Positions 24,061 to 33,196 of a stretch of 40,192 bases of DNA are shown one piece after another. Position 1 is the stretch's first letter. The number at the start of each line of letters is the position of its first letter. Source of the stretch: Octopus bimaculoides (lineage: Eukaryota). The stretch spans positions 74,527,650-74,567,841 of the forward strand of contig NC_068987.1 of the NCBI RefSeq assembly GCF_001194135.2, given 5' to 3'. The position numbers and the translations under genes are program-made. The notes beneath the pieces were generated by a model. It was not told the origin of the DNA. It did no database searches and worked only from the letters and a program-made list of their open reading frames with translations.

Positions 24061-24290
24061 GGTGGGAGAAAATAGTTAAGTAATAGTTATTATAGAGAAG
24101 ATATGAAATAGAGAGTGAAGTGGAGGAATGAAAATAGACGTGAGACATGCAGGGATATTGTATCTCCAGTTCCATTATTTAGGCAGAACGGTATACATCT
24201 AAGATTCCTGTACCTTGTGAGTAAGTTCCAATAATATTTAAAATTGCTCATTCCAAGCATAGAGTTTGTAAACGGTGTTATTGAATCGAG
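24013..24290 (-). mobile_element. Probable Penelope-like element 3' end with a degenerate hammerhead motif
   Basis: Frameshifted remnants YKL/LCLE*AIL and PCMSH resemble the CxLCLxEK...LN...CxH C-terminus of Penelope ORFs. They are followed by a hammerhead-like fold at 24060-24013. Confidence 0.55.
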
Positions 24291-24292
24291 GG

Positions 24293-24333
<41 letters not shown>

Positions 24334-24601
24334 AAGTGACTTAAAAGTTGGGAATGTGTTTGTAAGGTCAAATCAAAAACAGGAAGAGAGGAAAAAAGAA
24401 AAAAAAGAGAAAAGCGGGGAGAGAGATAATAAAGAAATAAAGAGAGGGAAAGTGTACTGGTTAGTGGTCAGTCAGGATAAATTGATAAACATATTTAACG
24501 ATTGTATACGTTGTATGCATAATCTTATCAGTTATTTGGTTTATTTAGGCCGTCTTTTCTTTTCTTTTCTTTTTTACTTTGCTTTTTAAAATTTTTGTTA
24601 C

Positions 24602-24685
24602 CCTCTGGGTGCTTCATCGTTTGATGGAAGATGCACCTCATCCGATGTAATTCCCGTCTACTGTACTTGCGACACTACACGCGAC
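24602..24685 (-). other. Candidate 84-nt exon (UTR-like, with a possible start codon)
   Basis: Acceptor tatttttcag|G and donor AGG|GTAACA. All three frames contain a stop, but ATG AGG TGC...GAG G is open to the donor. Confidence 0.2.
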
Positions 24686-27600
24686 CTGAAAAATATACTT
24701 TTATTGCGGACATACTCTTGGAATTGACTGGTTGAACCATTCCACTTTTTAGTCTTTTTTTTTTGGTTTTTCAGAAAAGCCAAAGTACCCGAAAACTAAA
24801 CTATTGCAGTGTCTAATCCATATTTTGGGAATGGATTGCGAAACTTCTTGCTCTATGAACCCATATATACCTCTATAGATCTTGGTACAAAGGCAAGAGC
24901 CTTCTACTATTGTCAGTGTATAAAAATTGAGCTATCCATCCATCCAACCATTGAACCATCCATCTACATCAAATTCGCCACGCTCACATTCAGCTTCAAT
25001 GAAGAAAACGAGGCCGGGTGGGGCCAAAAAGCCTATTTAGTCTCTTATGCTGCATGTCTCTTGAACCATAACAAACAAGCAAAGAATCTGCCGCCCACTT
25101 CAACGGAGGAAAGGATGATCTACGTCGTCACTTGATCTGCGAGGGAAAAAAAAACGTTATTTAAAAAAAAAAAAAACGTTGCACTTTAAAAAAAACCCAG
25201 AGTACTCAATATACATGCTGGATATTAAAAGCTTAATTCCTTTCTTCTGACTCGAGTTTCGCGCCACAACAATCATAAGGCGAGAACTTATTTCTCGATA
25301 TATGTGTTGTTTCATAACTATCAGCGTGAGCTTGTTCTTTTACGCCTCTTCTTTCAGTTGGTTGGTTTCTGGTGGTCTTTTTGTTATGTTGTTTTATGAG
25401 GGCGTTGTCTGTGGCTGTTTATTACATTAAAATAAGCAAGCACAGAAAATAGTGCCCAATTGTTCCAATATTATAGCGCGTCTTTCTTTAATTCTCTTTT
25501 CGTTTCTTCATCACCACCCACTGTTCTTTCCTTTTGCTACAATATCGCTTCAACCTTTCACCATAGTTGCCATTCATTATCGATTCATCGCTAGTTTTAC
25601 TCTATCTCTTTCCCCACCTCAATTATTCTTATCCTCATCAGCATGTCATATGTCGGCTGACTTTTAAATTTCCAAGGTTATCGTTTTACATAAACTCACA
25701 CATGTTTCAACAAATTTTCACACACACACATGCATTCATAAATCATACATATCAACATGTAAATATATGTGTCTAAATGTATATGCGTATATATANNNNN
25801 NNNNNNNNNNNNNNNNNNNNNNNNNNNNNNNNNNNNNNNNNNNNNNNNNNNNNNNNNNNNNNNNNNNNNNNNNNNNNNNNNNNNNNNNNNNNNNNNNNNN
25901 NNNNNNNNNNNNNNNNNNNNNNNNNNNNNNNNNNNNNNNNNNNNNNNNNNNNNNNNNNNNNNNNNNNNNNNNNNNNNNNNNNNNNNNNNNNNNNNNNNNN
26001 NNNNNNNNNNNNNNNNNNNNNNNNNNNNNNNNNNNNNNNNNNNNNNNNNNNNNNNNNNNNNNNNTATATATATATATATATATATATATGCGAGTAAAAA
26101 TAAATACAAAAAGGGGGGGTCTGTATGATTGTGTATAGAGGAATATATTATTTTGTTTAAAAGAGTTCCAACACTGTCTGTTTTTTATGTTTTATTTATA
26201 TTCCTGCAAAACCAATGTGGGATATAGAATATGGAATATACAATATATAATATAATATACAATATATAATATAAAATAAAAATAGATGGTACTATGAAAT
26301 AAAGTATTGAATGTCTTATTGAATATATGGAATATGTCTTATTGAATAGATGAAATATTGAGTGTTCAATATAAAGGATTAAATATATATATATATTTCA
26401 TGTCAGTATTTTTTTCTGTTTTCATAGCGTTATATTTTCACACAACTATGACGAGATGTCATATGACCACAATGCCGCACCCGAAACATTGTTTGCCCAT
26501 TTTTAATTGTGGGCATTTTGGGGTAAATATTTTTATCTGTTACCTCTGTTTACATTATTCGTTTCTACATATGTTTGTAATACTATTTGCACAAAAGTAC
26601 ATGTGCGCATGTGTGTATGCATGTGTCCACATGCGTGTACATGCATTTGTTTGTCCATTTGTGCTAGATGTTGTCGAAAATACTATTATTTTCCAGCCGC
26701 TTTTTGTATCCATCTAGTTTTCACCACTAGTTTACATTAAGCAGTGAATGGGTATCTAGAAGAGCTCTACCTAACGTTCAAATTCCCCTCCCCTCCCCTC
26801 CCCTCTCTTTGCCTTCAGTAACACAGTGTTCGTCATACATCTTGATCTTATATATATATATATNNNNNNNNNNNNNNNNNNNNNNNNNNNNNNNNNNNNN
26901 NNNNNNNNNNNNNNNNNNNNNNNNNNNNNNNNNNNNNNNNNNNNNNNNNNNNNNNNNNNNNNNNNNNNNNNNNNNNNNNNNNNNNNNNNNNNNNNNNNNN
27001 NNNNNNNNNNNNNNNNNNNNNNNNNNNNNNNNNNNNNNNNNNNNNNNNNNNNNNNNNNNNNNNNNNNNNNNNNNNNNNNNNNNNNNNNNNNNNNNNNNNN
27101 NNNNNNNNNNNNNNNNNNNNNNNNNNNNNNNNNNNNNNNNNNNNNNNNNNNNNNNNNNNNNNNNNNNNNNNNNNNNNNNNNNNNNNNNNNNNNNNNNNNN
27201 NNNNNNNNNNNNNNNNNNNNNNNNNNNNNNNNNNNNNNNNNNNNNNNNNNNNNNNNNNNNNNNNNNNNNNNNNNNNNNNNNNNNNNNNNNNNNNNNNNNN
27301 NNNNNNNNNNNNNNNNNNNNNNNNNNNNNNNNNNNNNNNNNNNNNNNNNNNNNNNNNNNNNNNNNNNNNNNNNNNNNNNNNNNNNNNNNNNNNNNNNNNN
27401 NNNNNNNNNNNNNNNNNNNNNNNNNNNNNNNNNNNNNNNNNNNNNNNNNNNNNNNNNNNNNNNNNNNNNNNNNNNNNNNNNNNNNNNNNNNNNNNNNNNN
27501 NNNNNNNNNNNNNNNNNNNNNNNNNNNNNNNNNNNNNNNNNNNNNNNNNNNNNNNNNNNNNNNNNNNNNNNNNNNNNNNNNNNNNNNNNNNNNNNNNNNN

Positions 27601-27795
27601 NNNNNNNNNNNNNNNNNNNNNNNNNNNNNNNNNNNNNNNNNNNNNNNNNNNNNNNNNNNNNNNNNNNNNNNNNNNNNNNNNNNNNNNNNNNNNNNNNNNN
27701 NNNNNNNNNNNNNNNNNNNNNNNNNNNNNNNNNNNNNNNNNNNNNNNNNNNNNNNNNNNNNNNNNNNNNNNNNNNNNNNNNNNNNNNNNNNNNNA

Positions 27796-28258
27796 AATGC
27801 AAAGGTCCTATGGGATTTTATGATTCAGTGCGACCATGAGGTAGAGAATAGGAAGCCAGACATAGTCTTAATTGAGAAAGAAAAACTATGCTGGATCATA
27901 GATATAGCATGCCCAGCTGACAACAAGGTATGCGATAAGGAAGAAAGAAAAGTCCAGAGATATGACAGGTTAGCTTGAGAAGTTTAGCAGTTGTGGTCGA
28001 TGAAAGAGGTAGCAGTAGTACTAATAATTGTCGGAGGCCTGGGAAGAGTGAGCAAAAATCTCAAGAAGTACGTGGAACAAATAGGGGCTGCAATAAGGGT
28101 GGAGCACTTGCAGAAAACAGCACTGCCTAGAAACGCTCGAATACTCTGAAAGGTGCTCGAAAAATAAGAGGTGTTACCTTAATTCACTGGTAGTGAACAG
28201 CTGACACCGTAGTACACCTCCAGCGTTAGAAGCTATGCAAAGGCAATGATAATAATAA
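27796..28258 (+). mobile_element. R4/Dong-like non-LTR element 3' end (REL endonuclease) with a (TAA)n tail
   Basis: KVLWDFMIQCDHEVENRKPDIVLIEKEKLCWIIDIACPAD...KVQRYDRLA*...LQKTAL...ARIL*KVLE shows the PD-(D/E)xK-type REL motif. It ends in ataataataat. Confidence 0.9.
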
Positions 28259-28283
28259 TCCTTTCTTCTATAGGCACAATGCC

Positions 28284-28578
28284 TTATTATTATTATTATT
28301 ATTTTATGTTTGACTTTTGTTTTGCATTTGTACAAGTTGGATCCAAGTCTCACCCAGAGACCTCAAGAGACAACAAGTTAGAAGTTCATGTAGGTGTTAT
28401 GCCTAGGGTATCATATATTTGGATTTGTACAGTTTTGTTCTAGTGAATGTTTAAGAAACCATAAGAAAATTATGTGTTTGTTTTAAAATTTGGGATCACA
28501 TAGACAGTATTTTACGTAGGATATGGGCAGTTCCCATGAGCACTATCTTTTGAACTTCAGCTATTTTGGGGTTTCCTG
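28284..28578 (-). mobile_element. Second R4/Dong-like 3' end, opposite orientation
   Basis: Minus strand PGNPKIAEVQKIVLMGTAHILRKILSM*, then a 3' UTR and a (TAA)n tail. Confidence 0.85.
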
Positions 28579-28710
28579 TTATCGCAGGGTGAGAGCAATA
28601 CTGAAGACAGAGCTGAACGCGAGAAACAGGATCGAAGCGATCAATGCTCTAGCCATACCAGTCGTGACTTACAGTTTCAATATCGTTAACTGGTCAATTA
28701 CTGAAATATG
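28577..28710 (+). mobile_element. Inverted internal fragment of an R4/Dong-like ORF
   Basis: CYRRVRAILKTELNARNRIEAINALAIPVVTYSFNIVNW is the conserved post-RT segment of this clade. Confidence 0.85.
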
Positions 28711-28717
28711 TAATGTT

Positions 28718-28734
28718 ATTATTATTATTATTAA

Positions 28735-28789
<55 letters not shown>

Positions 28790-28806
28790 GATATTATTAT
28801 TGTTAT
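28718..28806. repeat. (TTA)n microsatellite
   Basis: Directly visible. Confidence 0.97.
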
Positions 28807-29000
28807 TCAGGCAGTGAACTAGCAGAATCGTTAGCACGCCAGGCGAAATGTTTAGCGGTATTTCGCCTGCCACTACGTTCTGAGTTCAAATACCGCCGAG
28901 GTCGACTTTGCCTTTCATCCTTTCGGTGTCGATAGATTAAGTACCAGTGAAACATTGGGGTCCACGTAATCGACTCATCCCCTCCCCCAAAATTTGAAGC
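28807..29000 (+). mobile_element. SINE family A copy lacking its extreme 3' end
   Basis: caggcagtgaactagcagaatcgttagcacgccaggcgaaatg...gagttcaaataccgccgaggtcgactttgcctttcatcc. Confidence 0.9.
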
Positions 29001-29224
29001 TATTATTATTGTTAGTATTATTATCATTATTATCATTATATTGTTTTTGTTGTTGTTATTATTATTTCTTACTGTTTTATTTGTTTTATATGTTGGTTTG
29101 GCGAAAACACTTCAGTGGTCTCCTGTGTATAGTATTGAATTAACTAACTTAACCACACACCAGGAATTACCAACAAGCAGCAAGAGCAACAGCAGTAGTA
29201 TAAATTACAACAGGAGGAGAAATG

Positions 29225-29261
<37 letters not shown>

Positions 29262-29401
29262 TCTGTTACGAGAACCAGATGAATTCACAATGTAAAACAG
29301 AGCTTCAAAGAAATAGCTGAGCTATGATAGATGAATCAGTAAAAACTCTCACACGTGCGCATGCACAAATAGATATACTCGTGCATACGTTTACACACAC
29401 A

Positions 29402-29432
<31 letters not shown>

Positions 29433-30984
29433 NNNNNNNNNNNNNNNNNNNNNNNNNNNNNNNNNNNNNNNNNNNNNNNNNNNNNNNNNNNNNNNNNNNN
29501 NNNNNNNNNNNNNNNNNNNNNNNNNNNNNNNNNNNNNNNNNNNNNNNNNNNNNNNNNNNNATGAAAGCACACATAAATACATATGGAAACACACAGATTC
29601 ACACGGAAACACCCTACCGCCTTAAAAAACAATAAAGAAAAGTAGTTTTACATACTTTACACACATAATGTAAATATATATATATTTATATAAAGAGAGA
29701 AAGAGGGAGGAGGGAAAGAGAAATATATATATATATATATTTCGTATGTGTATTTCGTGTGCAAGATTCTTGATGTGGATACGTATATATATAAGATGGA
29801 ACGCCTTTCTTCGCAGGAAAGATCTTTGTCTAAACACCAACAACTTGCCGGAAACAGTGGTCAAATCCTATTCAAATCACAACTGACCCCTCTTAAAAAT
29901 AAGGAAGGAAGGTTTCTAAAAGACATGTTAGACACACCAGGAATTTCTTTGATCATAAGTTTACAGGTGCAGAGAGCGACCAGAAACTAAGAAAACAAAA
30001 TAACAGCAATAACGGAAACAAAACTAAGAAGCTTTCACCAGTAGCAATAGGTTGTAATTGTGGTATATAAGCAGTGCAAATCTGAATACTGAAACAGTAA
30101 CATTAACTTAGAAACAAGTGGTTCTCTACTTCCGTTTTAGGTCACCACCACTCACAGTGTCTGCAATATTTCCATCGCATCCATCGGGTTCTGCGGACGT
30201 TACCTAACTTCTCAGAATTATTAGTCAGGACAAGAGTTTGCAGAATGCTATAGGAGCTATATATGTCCTGAATATGATTTTAAACTGCATTCAATAGTGG
30301 AGCCCTAGTTCGGGAATTTCAAGGCTTTGAGGGATGTAGAAACATCACTTAGCCAGAATTGTTCCCATGTCTATACTGACCCGGAGTAGTAGCACCTGCC
30401 GGAGTCTCCGGAAGAAGGCCACTCACAAACATCCCACCAAACCCAGAATAAGTAAAATATCTTCGGGAAATGTTTTAAGAAATAAACTGTAGTCGTATCA
30501 AAGGAGATGCGGTGAGACCCGGAGCTAAACACCAGCCTTTTGGAGGTTCTTAAAACAACTGGAATCATTTAAAATTATTACAATCTTTAGCTGTTCATCT
30601 AAGAGAAGGTAATTCCATATAAATTCTGCATCCTAATTACAACTGGGCTCGTGGTACTTGTTTACCAGACCAATACCAATTTGAAGGACAAAAGAGTGGA
30701 ACTGGTTCTGCACAAGCCATGCCCACTATAATAATATACATCGTGCAGGTAGCTCAGCAAAACAAGACACCAGCATCAACACCATCACACTTTCTTCGTA
30801 AGTCCAGTAGCGATAGGGAAAGATGCGCCGTGACAGGTAGAGGATATTACGGTATGTCTTCATCTTTGACTCGGTACACAGATAGCCATGAGGTAATAGT
30901 GGTTTTAGATATGTCTTGCTGAATCCTCATTCGTTGAAACGATGGAGGTAACCCACTAAAGGATGTATAGACACAACTACAATG

Positions 30985-31140
30985 AGCAAAACACTTAATT
31001 TCACGTTGCTCCAGTCCACTCAGCTGGCAAAAATGAGTAACGCTGCGATGGACTGGCGTCCCGTCCAGTTGGGGAACACATACGCCATTGAAACCGGGAA
31101 ACTGGGCCCATGAGCCTGGCAAGGCTTTAAAAGGATGCAT
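30985..31140 (+). mobile_element. 5'-truncated family B SINE
   Basis: tgagcaaaacacttaatttcacgttgctccagtccactcagctg...gcgatggactggcgtcccgtccag is collinear with 19930-20110. Confidence 0.8.
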
Positions 31141-31509
31141 TTATTTATTATTTAAAAAAATGCTAAAACTACTTGTTTACCCGTTTCTTTTTGTCATTGA
31201 GGTGGTTGTGAGGTGTGCTAAAAAACAACAGCTAAATAACGCTTTTTGAATAAATCTTTTAAGTTCGTGCTATCGCATTAAATGCACATTGAATGCTTCA
31301 AACTACAAAACATGTGATATTTACAAATATTGACAACACGTGCTATTTCAGAATGCTAACGACAAAATGTAAAGTCACGCACAAAATAACAGCTTCCAAA
31401 TCCTGACTTGGTGAAAATGATCAAACTTTAAACCTCTATAACTTTTTAAAAACATTTTTTCTGGAAAAAGTGAAATAACTCCAGCAGTTCAGCTTGGAAA
31501 AGTATGTTA

Positions 31510-31662
31510 TTACTCTTTTACTTGTTTCAGTCATTTGAATGTGGCCATGCTGGAGCACCGCCTTTAGTTGAACAAATCGACCACAGGACTTATTTCTGTA
31601 AGCCTAGTACTTATTATATCGGAGTCTTTTGCCGAACCGCTAAGTTACGGGGACGTAAACAC
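31510..31662 (-). mobile_element. SINE tail D copy
   Basis: cttttacttgtttcagtcatttgaatgtggccatgctggagcaccgcc...tttgccgaaccgctaagttacggggacgtaaacac. Confidence 0.9.
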
Positions 31663-32388
31663 NNNNNNNNNNNNNNNNNNNNNNNNNNNNNNNNNNNNNN
31701 NNNNNNNNNNNNNNNNNNNNNNNNNNNNNNNNNNNNNNNNNNNNNNNNNNNNNNNNNNNNNNNNNNNNNNNNNNNNNNNNNNNNNNNNNNNNNNNNNNNN
31801 NNNNNNNNNNNNNNNNNNNNNNNNNNNNNNNNNNNNNNNNNNNNNNNNNNNNNNNNNNNNNNNNNNNNNNNNNNNNNNNNNNNNNNNNNNNNNNNNNNNN
31901 NNNNNNNNNNNNNNNNNNNNNNNNNNNNNNNNNNNNNNNNNNNNNNNNNNNNNNNNNNNNNNNNNNNNNNNNNNNNNNNNNNNNNNNNNNNNNNNNNNNN
32001 NNNNNNNNNNNNNNNNNNNNNNNNNNNNNNNNNNNNNNNNNNNNNNNNNNNNNNNNNNNNNNNNNNNNNNNNNNNNNNNNNNNNNNNNNNNNNNNNNNNN
32101 NNNNNNNNNNNNNNNNNNNNNNNNNNNNNNNNNNNNNNNNNNNNNNNNNNNNNNNNNNNNNNNNNNNNNNNNNNNNNNNNNNNNNNNNNNNNNNNNNNNN
32201 NNNNNNNNNNNNNNNNNNNNNNNNNNNNNNNNNNNNNNNNNNNNNNNNNNNNNNNNNNNNNNNNNNNNNNNNNNNNNNNNNNNNNNNNNNNNNNNNNNNN
32301 NNNNNNNNNNNNNNNNNNNNNNNNNNNNNNNNNNNNNNNNNNNNNNNNNNNNNNNNNNNNNNNNNNNNNNNNNNNNNNNNNNNNNNNN

Positions 32389-32435
<47 letters not shown>

Positions 32436-32444
32436 ATGTCATTG

Positions 32445-32657
32445 TACCTGTGTTGGTCCTCTGCCACCGCTTGACAACTGGGAGTTTGGCATGTATACTT
32501 CCCCGTAACTTAGCAGTTCGGCCTAAGAGGCCGATAGAATAAGTACCAGGATTCACAAAAAATAATATGTCCTGGGGGTCGATTCGTTCGTCTAAAATTC
32601 TTCAAGGTTGTGCCCCAGCAATACTACGGTCTAATCACTGAAACAAGTCAAAGATAA
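32445..32657 (+). mobile_element. SINE tail D copy preceded by a (TG)n linker
   Basis: ccaccgcttgacaac...ccccgtaacttagcagttcggc...gatagaataagtaccagg...ctgaaacaagtcaaagataaa. Confidence 0.88.
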
Positions 32658-33147
32658 ATGTTATATAAGATACCTAAAACTAAAATATGACTTCTTTTTT
32701 TATGATGCTAGTTTCTGATATGTAGGATATTTTGCTACTGTTTTTTTATGACCTCTTAGCAGCTTCTCCGTTGCTGGTACGTTTATTACTTTTCTAAGAA
32801 TTATTCTTATGTGTGTATGCGTATATGCATTTACAACTGTATGCTTATTCGTTTTAATATATATGTTAGTGACAACAGCGCTGGCAGCGCAGTGCTAGTG
32901 CTGGTGGTTTTGCTGGTGGTGCTGGTGGCGTGATGATGGCGGTGGTTAAATCATTGTAACAATTTACGGATTAGTTCAGCCTTGGTGTTATAAATATTGT
33001 ACCGACGTGACTGCGACGTGATCTCGTTGCCTCTCGCTTTGATTGACGGGTGAAATTTTTTTTATTGCCAACTTCTAAACTAATTAGCAACCAGTAGTCT
33101 GTGAATTGTCTGACGTTCCTAACCGTCAACAAATTCATTCTACTCAC

Positions 33148-33196
33148 TTTTCAGCGAGATTCGGACGTCATATTGGTGACTCGAACACAATGGCAG
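33148..33196 (-). other. Candidate 49-nt exon
   Basis: A branch-point-like CACTAAT, the pyrimidine tract tttatctcccc, the acceptor CAG and the donor AAA|GTGAGT are all present. One frame is open (LPLCSSHQYDVRISLK). Confidence 0.4.

Noticed and set aside
24295-24332. 38-nt poly(T) as a retrocopy poly(A) tail
   Set aside because: There is no polyadenylation signal, TSD or coding sequence upstream on the minus strand; treated as a simple homopolymer.
30290-30960. Possible further LINE/SINE remnants (ctgacccggagtagtagcacctg; LPDQYQF and VVLDMS-like strings)
   Set aside because: Probably old repeat-derived sequence, but too degraded to assign a family or boundaries.
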